Below, one piece after another: positions 1-9,132 of a stretch of 64,000 bases of DNA; the stretch's first letter is position 1, and each line of letters begins with the position of its first letter. A program made the position numbers and the translations under genes. Origin of the DNA: a virus; the IMG/VR virus record IMGVR_UViG_3300034103_001442, positions 32,001-96,000 of that record. One strand, given 5' to 3'. The notes below the pieces were generated by a model. The model was given only the letters and a program-made list of their open reading frames with translations. It made no database searches and was not told the DNA's origin.

Positions 1-102
1 ATATGCCTTGACAAACGCAATGAACTGGCTACCCTCCTCACGATAAAAAGAGGGAAACTGAGACTCAACAAATGGGGAGATTAATTTCTCAAACTGTTTC
101 AT
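1..102 (-). CDS. Baseplate wedge protein (gp7-like), N-terminal fragment running off the window
   Basis: Own translation from ATG at 102: MKQFEKLISPFVESQFPSFYREEGSQFIAFVKAY. It overlaps the gp6 stop, and this N-terminus is typical of the gene after gp6 in T4-like phages. Confidence 0.6.
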   Translation of the reverse strand, partial: MKQFEKLISPFVESQFPSFYREEGSQFIAFVKAY

Positions 103-1889
103 TATTCGCGGACTTGTTGAACGTTAATTTCGACATCTGGTTCAAGAATATTTAGGATGGTATTTTTCGTTGATGTAATATCTTTGAATTTTGGTAGTGC
201 GTAAATTTTTAGGTAACTCCCATTATATGAAGTGAGGTTGAATCCTCTCGCATCAAGTTGACCATTGGCATAGTCAATTGTACCAACGTCAACAAGTTTT
301 TGGTGGCTGTCACCAAGCACTGTTGTAACTCTTATGACTCCATTACCGTCATCTTCTAAATTACATTGTTTACCATCAAATGTGAACAAACTTGAACCAA
401 TTGCATGAACGTCATCAGCGTTGTGAGAGTCGCCAAGTTCAGGGATTGTGTCACTAATTGGAATGCCATAGTTTACAGCGATTCTTTGTGAAGTGTTCAA
501 TGTTGGGGTCAAATACTTAACAAGTTTAATCTCAGTTTCGTTACTGATAATGCTTGGATCAGACTCATCGATCGTTTTGATAAACTTCGAATAACGTAGT
601 GTTCTGTTGAAGTTGTTCAAGTTTGTTGAGGCAAAGTCCAAAATCTTCGAAAGCACAAGTGTTCGAATATCATCTGGGTTCAATGATGTAAGGTTAATAT
701 TGTATTTGATATTTGTAACAATTGACAAATACAAGTATTCAGGTGCGATGAATATTGGCTCCATTGCTACGGTTGCGCGGCTGCGGAGAAAACGTTTGTA
801 TTCCTCCTCCTTGACCTTTGGAAGACCATCAACATCCTTTAAGTCAATAGACAAAAAGATTCGACCAAATTGTGGCGGTGTTGCATCTTCGCCGCCATAT
901 GCAGCAACTGTGTTAATTTCTGGAAAATTGATTTTTAGTAGGTTTTCATAGTCTTCAGCGGTAACTGCTCTTTCCTGAGTCGTAAACGCTCTTGGAGCGT
1001 TGTATTTGATTGACTCAAGAGTTTCGTAAACAGAACCTGCTGAAGCAGAAGAAACTGTTCTAACTGTGATGTTTGTTTCGCTGTCAATGGCTTGGGCTGC
1101 ACGAAACACTCTTGCGCCGTTCGGCAATTCACCATTTGATACACGGTACTCAATTACAACAACAGACTCATTCTTTGGTCTGCGTCCAACAATGCCATCA
1201 CCGAAAATAATCTCATATGTGTCGCCGATGTATGGCTGAATGAAGTAAACTTTTGAGAGTGATGTCAAGTCGAATAGCGAGGTTGCGCGTGTGTATGTTT
1301 GAAGCGTTGCACCATTGTCTTCAAGAATTGTAACCTTCAAACTCGCAAGGTCGACATTTTTGTTACTGATTGTATATTTTGTTGGCTTTGTGTAACTTAC
1401 TGGGTAGGTGTCAGTGACATAATCACCCTCATAAACAGTCAGTGTTGTTGTAAATGTGGTATTTGAACTTGTGACAGTTGATGTTTCTGCAGTTGTGAAC
1501 AGGTAAGTGTTTGAGCCAACGCGAGTGCTGAATGCCGTTCCTTTTGGAATTACAATGTTTCTTTTGTCTTGATCGGTAGTTACGATAGTCAGAGCCAGTG
1601 TAGCCTCTGATGACTTAAATGAACGTGGGAGATAGTTCAACTCCTTGGCGTGGCTAACAACACTGTCACGTAACTGAGCACTGTCAAGGAACATTTCGTT
1701 ACCGATCATGTTCATATAGAATGCGTTCTGATACGTGTTATATGCTAACACATCAAGAAGCACATTAATGTTTGATGATTCGTAATCGTAATCCTTGAAT
1801 GCTGATTGTTGTTTTAGAAACGCCTTCAACTCCCTTTTGTAGGAGTCAAAGTCTAAAGAGGTCAATGAGACGCTTGAATTCGCTGCCAT
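102..1889 (-). CDS. gp6: Baseplate wedge subunit gp6
   Basis: LDFD..K..LK.FLK..FKDYDYE.SN..VLLDVLAYNT, FLDSAQLRDSVVSHAKELNYLPRS, Q.RAVTAEDY; 595 aa; next to gp25. Confidence 0.95.
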   Translation of the reverse strand: MAANSSVSLTSLDFDSYKRELKAFLKQQSAFKDYDYESSNINVLLDVLAYNTYQNAFYMNMIGNEMFLDSAQLRDSVVSHAKELNYLPRSFKSSEATLALTIVTTDQDKRNIVIPKGTAFSTRVGSNTYLFTTAETSTVTSSNTTFTTTLTVYEGDYVTDTYPVSYTKPTKYTISNKNVDLASLKVTILEDNGATLQTYTRATSLFDLTSLSKVYFIQPYIGDTYEIIFGDGIVGRRPKNESVVVIEYRVSNGELPNGARVFRAAQAIDSETNITVRTVSSASAGSVYETLESIKYNAPRAFTTQERAVTAEDYENLLKINFPEINTVAAYGGEDATPPQFGRIFLSIDLKDVDGLPKVKEEEYKRFLRSRATVAMEPIFIAPEYLYLSIVTNIKYNINLTSLNPDDIRTLVLSKILDFASTNLNNFNRTLRYSKFIKTIDESDPSIISNETEIKLVKYLTPTLNTSQRIAVNYGIPISDTIPELGDSHNADDVHAIGSSLFTFDGKQCNLEDDGNGVIRVTTVLGDSHQKLVDVGTIDYANGQLDARGFNLTSYNGSYLKIYALPKFKDITSTKNTILNILEPDVEINVQQVRE

Positions 1890-2311
1890 TATCGTACTCT
1901 ATCTAATTTGATTTGAAGTAATGCTGGATCAGGATTATTTATGACCCTGAAAATAATGTCGATATTATATGTTTGTTCATCGTTACTGAGTGAGATTCTG
2001 ATTTCATCTACAATGGCACGTGGTTCATATTTCTTCAACGTTTCAGAAATCGACACCTTCAAGTTTTCTTTTGTTACAGAGTCTGCTGGTTCAAAGAGAT
2101 ATTTCTTAATGTTTCCACCGAGGTCTGGGGCGAAAAATCTCTCACCTTTATCCGTTGACAATAGGTTTCTGATACTGCGCTTTACAGCCTCAACATTTGT
2201 TCTTTTCAACAACATGCCAGTGTTTGGATGTGCGTTGAGATTCGTCATGAAATCACTATAGATTTCCTTGTTACGCAGGTTTGATTGATCATCTACTCTT
2301 TGAATTGCCAT
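1889..2311 (-). CDS. gp25: Baseplate wedge subunit gp25
   Basis: AVKRSIRNLLST.KGERFF.P.LG and YEPRA motifs; 140 aa. Confidence 0.93.
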   Translation of the reverse strand: MAIQRVDDQSNLRNKEIYSDFMTNLNAHPNTGMLLKRTNVEAVKRSIRNLLSTDKGERFFAPDLGGNIKKYLFEPADSVTKENLKVSISETLKKYEPRAIVDEIRISLSNDEQTYNIDIIFRVINNPDPALLQIKLDRVR

Positions 2312-2342
2312 CAGAGTCTCTTTTTGAAGTATTTGGTTTTAT

Positions 2343-3722
2343 TTAGGCACTGGGTCTGGTTGCAGTAATAACAACTTCTTCTAATTGTTCATCGCCAGGC
2401 AAATAGCCATACTTGGTAAATTTTAACTCAAAACATGCTTTAGGAAGCAGACCGTAAACAACATCTGCTAGGCTGAAAATTGGTTTCAAAATGATATTCA
2501 TCACAGTGCAAACATCAACCTTACCCCTGAAAATGTCAACAAGTTGTATGACAAAATCAAAAATCTTCAGTGCCTGTTTTACGATCGGAATTGTACTTGC
2601 CAATTCTTTCAGAGTTTTGAGAACTTTTTCAAATGCTTTCATAATGAGTTCGACAAAACTCAGTGCTGAGAGCCTTTTCAATTTGTTCATCAAACGATTC
2701 CAGCCATCTTTTATTCTGGCGATCACTTTCTCTTTCATGAATGTTTTGAATTTCTTTATCTCTTCCTCCATGTTAATGTCAAGCATTTCACCCACAGTGT
2801 TTGCACCGAGGAGTGAACTGAATGGTGGGGGAATCGGTATTGCCAAAATAGCATCGATGAATGCATTCATTATCTTACTGGCTTGTTTCTCAAGTTCTGC
2901 CCTAACTTCATCCGCATATTCGCCACTGAGAAGTTTTTTCCTAATTTCTTGGTATTCTTCCTTTGCCTTTTTGTAGAGTTTATCGAAAAACTCTCTCAGT
3001 GTTGTTGTTGGATCAGTGATTGAACCCAACTTGCTTATCAAAGATCCCAAAACAGGAACTTTTTTCAAAAAGTCTGTCATCGCAGTTACGATTTTGGTAA
3101 TTGAAATATCAAACTGCTCATTGATCCAGTCAACTAGTTTTTGCCACAACTCCTCCGCACTGTAGTCTGGCGCAACAATATTCCACTCACCTGTGAAAAA
3201 GTCTGTTACAGTTTCATCAATACTTTTGATGAACTTTTGAGCCTCTTTGGCATATTCAGCCATTGCCGCTTTGATTTTGGCTTTACCCTCTTTGGTGAAC
3301 ACATCGCCGAGTTTACAGTCTGGTAAAAACGGTATTGGTAAGTTTAGTGGGTTTGGTATTGCGAAACTGATAATTTCTACAATTTTGAATAAGATTTCAA
3401 GAAGAAGTTTTTGCAAATACACATCAATGTCTTTGAGAAACTCTCTAACCTTATACTCCATTTCATCCACACCGCATCTTATTTTTGTGAAAACATCGGT
3501 CATTAAGATGCCAGTGATTTCGTTAATCACTTTTTCGATTTCAGCAATAGAGTTTTCTAATTCTTTTGTGCAATCATTATCATTCAACATTGCAGCCTGA
3601 ACTCTCAATTGTGATGGAACACTACCGAGAGTTTTGAAATAGTTTTGCAATGTTTTTGTCATGTCTCCATTTTTGCACTCTATTTGCGGAGGCTCTGGGA
3701 GATATAAAACAAACTTGGACAT
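2343..3722 (-). CDS. Hypothetical alpha-helical protein between gp5 and gp25 (probably virion-associated)
   Basis: 459-aa ORF tightly coupled to gp5; amphipathic helices and Pro-rich repeats; no family recognised. Confidence 0.7.
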   Translation of the reverse strand: MSKFVLYLPEPPQIECKNGDMTKTLQNYFKTLGSVPSQLRVQAAMLNDNDCTKELENSIAEIEKVINEITGILMTDVFTKIRCGVDEMEYKVREFLKDIDVYLQKLLLEILFKIVEIISFAIPNPLNLPIPFLPDCKLGDVFTKEGKAKIKAAMAEYAKEAQKFIKSIDETVTDFFTGEWNIVAPDYSAEELWQKLVDWINEQFDISITKIVTAMTDFLKKVPVLGSLISKLGSITDPTTTLREFFDKLYKKAKEEYQEIRKKLLSGEYADEVRAELEKQASKIMNAFIDAILAIPIPPPFSSLLGANTVGEMLDINMEEEIKKFKTFMKEKVIARIKDGWNRLMNKLKRLSALSFVELIMKAFEKVLKTLKELASTIPIVKQALKIFDFVIQLVDIFRGKVDVCTVMNIILKPIFSLADVVYGLLPKACFELKFTKYGYLPGDEQLEEVVITATRPSA

Positions 3723-3723
3723 T

Positions 3724-4413
3724 TTATGGATTGATTCCGACTATTGGAGCCTGAATGCTTATTGCTGTTGATGAAGTGATGCTGACTTTGTCTTTAGAGA
3801 CAATATTTACTTTTCCATTTATAACTTGAACTTGTAAGTCACCACTATTTACAAACATAAATTTGTCTTGTTCAGTGTATTCAGTGTTGTTTACATTTGA
3901 GATAATATTGATATCACCATTTTCATCCATCATAATATATGAGCCAGACTTGTGAGTTATGTTTAATCTTTCATATCCTGGCGTGTCATCAACTTCAATT
4001 GTATGACCACTTACAGTTTCGTAAACTTTATTAAATGGGTACTGGCTCGCGCTACCATTTTCACCCCTTGCGGCTGCGTTGACATCGTGATTTGCTGGAT
4101 TGCCATTAGGTTTTGGAATATGAAACGTTCCCATAACAACAGGAATGTTTTTCTCTTTACCATCCATGTAAAATCCAACCACGTGTGAACCAACTTCAAT
4201 TCCTGTTGGCGACCAACCTTTACCTCTATATGAAGATGAGGTTGGTGGCATCATAATGATAGCCCATGGGAGTTTGTCATCAGATATTTTATCAAAATGT
4301 TCATTGATGACCTTGATTTGAACCCTACCTGCTTTGTCTGGATCGTCGCTGTTGTTAACAACTTCGCCAACGAACCAAACAAATGTTCCCTCGCCGATAG
4401 TACTGAAACTCAT
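3724..4413 (-). CDS. gp5: Baseplate central spike gp5 (OB-fold plus beta-helix, no lysozyme domain)
   Basis: FVWFVGEV..DPDKAGRVQ, LPWA, VVGFYMDG..P.VMG, YPFNKVYET.SGH..E.DDTPG.ER..H.SG. Confidence 0.9.
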   Translation of the reverse strand: MSFSTIGEGTFVWFVGEVVNNSDDPDKAGRVQIKVINEHFDKISDDKLPWAIIMMPPTSSSYRGKGWSPTGIEVGSHVVGFYMDGKEKNIPVVMGTFHIPKPNGNPANHDVNAAARGENGSASQYPFNKVYETVSGHTIEVDDTPGYERLNITHKSGSYIMMDENGDINIISNVNNTEYTEQDKFMFVNSGDLQVQVINGKVNIVSKDKVSITSSTAISIQAPIVGINP

Positions 4414-4416
4414 AAT

Positions 4417-5658
4417 TTACTCCTTCAAAAATCCTGTTTTGAGCACTTCACATGCTTGAGTGTACATGGCTTGTCCAGTTGGTCTAATGATATGTCTAAT
4501 TTTTGTAATCAGATAATTACCTGATAACATTTTGTTTGTAGATTTTTCAGTCATACCGTCTGCATTTGGGAATTCGATATTGATAACTGAACCAGCAGTA
4601 AGTGCTGAGTCGCCCCAAATTTCTATGTTTAAAATGTTACTCATTAAACGAGAAAGATATGGGGTAATAAAATTTTCTTTCTTGACTCTTTCTAAATCTT
4701 TTTCATTTTTAATAGCAATGATTGTATTTGTTGCGTTTTTATCATCACCTTGATATTTTGCGGCAATGTCTTTTCTAACAGTGAAAGACTCTTGATCTAT
4801 GTTAAATTGACCATCGTCTTTAGTCTTTTCGAACTTGTAGGGTTCAGTTGTTCCTGTTTCTAAATTAAACGCCCAAACAACATTTTGCACGCCACCAATT
4901 GCGATTGTCTCCAAAAGGTTTTGATTTGAAATTTGTTTAGCAGCGAGTATGTTTCTCCAATCAGTGCTTTCGACACCAACTTTGCTTACAGTTTCAAATG
5001 TAAAATTTCTATCGCCATTGACTACAGTAGGATCTTTTTTACCTTCGGCGATTAAGTTTTCGATTGTGGAAAATGTATACCCGAAACGATTTTCAAAAAA
5101 GCAGTAAGATGAAGACTTGTTATTTCTTGATACAGACCTGCGTCTTATTTTATCAATAGCCTGAAATGGTTTTAGTTTAGTGACATTTACAGTATCCATG
5201 CCAAGTGTTTTTTCAAATACAAATTTTTTCTTTGTCTTCAACCCATTTTGTAATATGACTGAGATCATATCTTCTGGTTGTTTTTCTTTAAAAATTTCAG
5301 TAATGGTTTGCGCTGCACCCTCAAACAACTCTGGGCTAGACATCCGAACTGTATACGTTTTGTATGAACTACTTGACCCAACTTTTACATCAGTCACGGA
5401 GTCGATTTTGAATTTGAATAAAGAGTTTTCAACACCTTCATAAGTGCAATATTCTATATCTACATCACTACCAGCCAAATCAACTCTTTCTAGTAAACCA
5501 GCCCCATCATAAACGAACATATCAGCATGAATGCAAGGCGCAATCACACTTTCGTAAATATCAATTCTGGTTATAAAACCAACCAAGTCCACTTCGCCAT
5601 TTTTGTGTATCAGCTTGAATCGCTTGATATCAATATTACCAGGATTTAAAATATTCAT
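4417..5658 (-). CDS. Baseplate hub protein (gp27-like)
   Basis: IDIYES, YCFFEN..GY.F, I.GDS.L.AG, SGNYLITKIRH; lies between gp53 and gp5. Confidence 0.7.
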   Translation of the reverse strand: MNILNPGNIDIKRFKLIHKNGEVDLVGFITRIDIYESVIAPCIHADMFVYDGAGLLERVDLAGSDVDIEYCTYEGVENSLFKFKIDSVTDVKVGSSSSYKTYTVRMSSPELFEGAAQTITEIFKEKQPEDMISVILQNGLKTKKKFVFEKTLGMDTVNVTKLKPFQAIDKIRRRSVSRNNKSSSYCFFENRFGYTFSTIENLIAEGKKDPTVVNGDRNFTFETVSKVGVESTDWRNILAAKQISNQNLLETIAIGGVQNVVWAFNLETGTTEPYKFEKTKDDGQFNIDQESFTVRKDIAAKYQGDDKNATNTIIAIKNEKDLERVKKENFITPYLSRLMSNILNIEIWGDSALTAGSVINIEFPNADGMTEKSTNKMLSGNYLITKIRHIIRPTGQAMYTQACEVLKTGFLKE

Positions 5659-6536
5659 TATGACCTCAAGAGTTCACTTAATTGCTCTTCCGCTTTTCCT
5701 TTTTGGCTGTTTCTGAGTAATATGATATCTCTTTTCTTTTGGTTTTCTTCAATTTCGTAATCATATGCACTAACTGGAGTCCAGTAAGAGACTTCATCAT
5801 TTGGGATATTCAAGACTGTTTGAGCAACACTGCTTACTGTATATTCGTATTGAGTGTTTTTGTATTTACTTACCAAAATGTTATTTGTAGTTGTTACAAA
5901 TTCTCCATCAAGGTTTTTAAAAGTCATTGTAGAAGTTTCGGCATTAAATGCCGCCAACTGCGCTTTTGCCACTGGAGTCGCATTGCCATCTTCATATTGT
6001 AAGTAAACATCATCAACTGCAGCAAAATCTACTGTATCAACTACAAGTGTGACCAACTTGTTTGTTGAGACTGTCCAATCAATCTTTTTACGAGAGTAAC
6101 CAGTGACGTTTCCGAAATAATCTATTTCAGATGTGTAGTATTTTCTTTTTGCTACTGATAGTTGATAATATTCTTTTTCACTTATTGAAGGTTGACTGAC
6201 CCAGTTGTTTCTGTAAAACAAAATGTAATCTCTAGCATAACTCAAAGAGGTATACTTCTCGATAATCTTTTTATTTAAAATTTCGTCTGATAATACAACA
6301 TCATAATATGGGTCGACAATTTCATTACTAAAATAATACAGCCAATCATAATATGGATTGTTGTAGTATTTTTCCGCAACCGTGTCAGCCCTCAGTACAG
6401 AAGACTCCAAACGGTGAGGAACAAAATTTACTGGATTGTTTTTTGTTTCTTCAGACAAACGAGCACGAGCCAAAATGTTTTTGACTGGACTGCCATTGTA
6501 AACGATAGTTGGAAATTTGTCGAAATATTTTGCCAT
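5658..6536 (-). CDS. gp53: Baseplate wedge subunit gp53
   Basis: YF.KFP.I.Y, RAD.VA..YY.NP.YDW, N.IVDPY, YDYE.EEN.KKR.I.LL. Confidence 0.88.
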   Translation of the reverse strand: MAKYFDKFPTIVYNGSPVKNILARARLSEETKNNPVNFVPHRLESSVLRADTVAEKYYNNPYYDWLYYFSNEIVDPYYDVVLSDEILNKKIIEKYTSLSYARDYILFYRNNWVSQPSISEKEYYQLSVAKRKYYTSEIDYFGNVTGYSRKKIDWTVSTNKLVTLVVDTVDFAAVDDVYLQYEDGNATPVAKAQLAAFNAETSTMTFKNLDGEFVTTTNNILVSKYKNTQYEYTVSSVAQTVLNIPNDEVSYWTPVSAYDYEIEENQKKRDIILLRNSQKGKAEEQLSELLRS

Positions 6537-6537
6537 T

Positions 6538-8061
6538 TTATGTTACTGGTTTGTTTGTTACTTTAGCACTGTTGCCATTGTTGTTGTACATAAAGTTGAC
6601 CCCACCTTTATAATTGGTGTCCTCTTCAAGACCTAGAGTCAAGAGAAACGTCGATGCCGTGGTTATATTTCTAACGTCATGATCGCCAAAATCATTTGGC
6701 GGTTCACTTATATACCTACTACCATCACTTGTTACATATACAACTCTTGAACCGTCTTTATTGGTGTATTTTTTCGTAGTGCTTACAACTGTTCCGTTTT
6801 GCCCCTTTGTATCACTTGAGGCGACAGGCGTTGTATTGGCTCCTGTTCCACTGGTTGAAGAGTTTTCTACTTCAGCTGTTGCATTAGTCATAGCCACAAG
6901 GTCTTTAACTTCTTGTACAGCATTTTCGATTACGCCCACGGCTGAGGTGTTTGATTTTCTTCCATAATCGTCGGAGGTAAAGTATTCAATTTCTAATAAA
7001 GATACACTCAATAAAATAAATGATGGGGCTGGGTTTGTCCCACTGTTAAAAAAGGTTGGAGAGTCTGGCGCGTAATTTACTGAAACGTTTTCGATCATGC
7101 AGTGTTTGAAGGTGTACAAGTTACTTTTAGTGTTATTTTCTATATCATCATCACTTGACGCCCAAGGCATCAATTTAACCTTAATCATTTCTGGCATTTC
7201 TAATAGATTTACACTATCACTAATGAATGCTGGCAGTGCCGCTTGTTTTAATCTCAATAATAATTTACGTAGCGTTTCGCTTTCTTCTGCATTATTTGGG
7301 GCAAACAACCAATCAAAACGGTGTCTACGTAATGTTGGAGATTTAAACAATGCAGAAATGTGAGGGTTTGGTATTGCGCCAGCCATTTGCTGAGCCACTG
7401 CGAAAATTTGATTCGCCACAAATTCTTTTGCGGTATATGCTCCTGCGGTTACTAAAGCAGTTTTCGCAGCATCGGCTGCAGACTTACCCTGAAGGTCTTG
7501 AACAGTTGCTGGAGACGTAACGGCTCCAACAAGACCAAGTTCTAAACTAGAATCATATGATATTTCATGTCTATCTTCTAAAGTTCTAGGTAAAGGTAGG
7601 ATGATTACGTCTCTTACCTCCATTTCTGCTTTAGATTGAGGTGTTGGTCTTTTATATTTTTTGATTTCCAAACGCATATGGTAATCATTTAACGTTGATG
7701 GAAATCTCAAAACGTTAGAAGCATCGCCTTGGGTTTCTGTTTCTAACGTTCCTGGATCATCTGCATCCGCATCAATTAGACCACGATTTTGCTGAATTTC
7801 CTCTTTGGTTGCTCTGTTAATGTCTTTACCGAGAGCGCCGAAAAACTCTGCTGCTAGATCAGCGACGATTGCATCGCCGAGTTGGCTAACAATATTTTTA
7901 CCAGAACCTTGACCGAGACCAACCTTGGCCAAAGCATCAGAAAGGGCACCAGTCAATTTCTCTTCGGCTTTTGCTTGAAGTTTATCTGCCAAACTGTTGG
8001 CAAACTTTTTGATTGGATTTTTTTCTTTTTTGAAAAGATCTGATACGTTTAAGTCTGCCAT
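6538..8061 (-). CDS. gp48: Baseplate tail-tube cap gp48-like
   Basis: I.LPLP, NPH...LF..P.LR.H.FDW.FAP.N..ES, C.I..VSVNYAP, L.EIE. Confidence 0.8.
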   Translation of the reverse strand: MADLNVSDLFKKEKNPIKKFANSLADKLQAKAEEKLTGALSDALAKVGLGQGSGKNIVSQLGDAIVADLAAEFFGALGKDINRATKEEIQQNRGLIDADADDPGTLETETQGDASNVLRFPSTLNDYHMRLEIKKYKRPTPQSKAEMEVRDVIILPLPRTLEDRHEISYDSSLELGLVGAVTSPATVQDLQGKSAADAAKTALVTAGAYTAKEFVANQIFAVAQQMAGAIPNPHISALFKSPTLRRHRFDWLFAPNNAEESETLRKLLLRLKQAALPAFISDSVNLLEMPEMIKVKLMPWASSDDDIENNTKSNLYTFKHCMIENVSVNYAPDSPTFFNSGTNPAPSFILLSVSLLEIEYFTSDDYGRKSNTSAVGVIENAVQEVKDLVAMTNATAEVENSSTSGTGANTTPVASSDTKGQNGTVVSTTKKYTNKDGSRVVYVTSDGSRYISEPPNDFGDHDVRNITTASTFLLTLGLEEDTNYKGGVNFMYNNNGNSAKVTNKPVT

Positions 8062-8090
8062 TGATTCACGCCGAGGTAGATGTTACGGAT

Positions 8091-8102
8091 TATTTATAAA
8101 TA
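8091..8102. promoter_or_regulatory. Overlapping bidirectional T4-type late promoters
   Basis: Palindrome TATTTATAAATA gives TATAAATA on both strands, between divergent gp48 and gp4. Confidence 0.85.
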
Positions 8103-8108
8103 CCTCCC

Positions 8109-8552
8109 ATGGCTTATCAAGGTGTGTTTAAGCCCAAGAACCCACAAAAATACTTGGGCAACCCTACAAATATCATTTATCGTAGCCGCTGGGAGTTGAT
8201 TTTTATGTCATATCTTGACTCCCAGCAGAACGTCATTCAGTGGGCATCTGAAGAGTTTTGCATTCCATACAGATCACCAATGGACAACCGTGTACATCGC
8301 TACTTTCCAGACTTTTTGGTGAAGAAAAAGACACCCGAGAATCAAATAGAGACGCTCGTAGTTGAAATCAAACCAATGAGCCAATCCAAACCCCCAAAGC
8401 CGCAAACAGGCAAGCCGACACGTGCCTACCTCCGCGAGGTGTACAACTGGGGTATTAATTCAGCCAAGTGGGAAGCGGCGAATAAATATTGTGAAGAAAG
8501 AGGGTGGAAATTTCTGGTCATTGGGGAAAAAGAACTTGGCATCAATTTTTGA
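8109..8552 (+). CDS. gp4: Head completion nuclease gp4
   Basis: MAY.G.F.PKNP.KY.G.P..I.YRS.WE, W.SEE..IPY, HRYFPDF, EIKP, N.AKW.AA. Confidence 0.93.
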   Translation: MAYQGVFKPKNPQKYLGNPTNIIYRSRWELIFMSYLDSQQNVIQWASEEFCIPYRSPMDNRVHRYFPDFLVKKKTPENQIETLVVEIKPMSQSKPPKPQTGKPTRAYLREVYNWGINSAKWEAANKYCEERGWKFLVIGEKELGINF

Positions 8553-9132
8553 CAGAATCGTAATTCAGGGTGTTCGTGAGGGTAAAATCCCAGCACGCAC
8601 TCAAGATGCACGCAATTGGTTCCGTGACACGGCTCAGAAAATCAGAGCAGTGAATGAGCGCAGCCTGATGAAAAACGAAAAAGATCGTTTGGTCAGTCAG
8701 CCAATCGTCGGTAGCATGTACATGTTCTATTATGACCCAAAGTATGCTGCTGAACTGCCATACTATGACAGATTTCCTCTCGTTTTCCCATACAAAAAGG
8801 TTGAGGGTGGCTTTTATGGGCTCAACCTTCACTATTTACCACTGCAATACCGAGCAAAATTGATGGATGGTTTGTACAGTTTCGCAAACAACACTCGCTA
8901 TGATGAGTCAACAAAACTCAAAATGAGTTATCAACTGCTATCAAATGCAGCCAAACTTCGTTTTTTCGAACCTTGTTTGAAGAGATATTTGATTGACCAT
9001 GTGGGATCTAAATTCATGTATGTTTACCCATCAGAGTGGGATATTGCATTGTTTTTACCAACAGAAAGATTTGCCAAAAAGACCAAGTCACAAGTCTGGG
9101 CAGACTCTAAACGCATGCTGGGAGGCATATAA
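8536..9132 (+). CDS. gp2: DNA end protector protein gp2
   Basis: MY.F.YDPK...LPYYDRFPL, GLNLHYL, C.KRYL..HV, W..A.FLPTE.F; probable TTG start at 8536. Confidence 0.9.
   Translation: MASIFDRIVIQGVREGKIPARTQDARNWFRDTAQKIRAVNERSLMKNEKDRLVSQPIVGSMYMFYYDPKYAAELPYYDRFPLVFPYKKVEGGFYGLNLHYLPLQYRAKLMDGLYSFANNTRYDESTKLKMSYQLLSNAAKLRFFEPCLKRYLIDHVGSKFMYVYPSEWDIALFLPTERFAKKTKSQVWADSKRMLGGI

Noticed and set aside
607-7363. Plus-strand ORFs antisense to baseplate genes, and similar shadow ORFs throughout the window
   Set aside because: They fully overlap well-supported genes on the other strand and have no recognisable motifs
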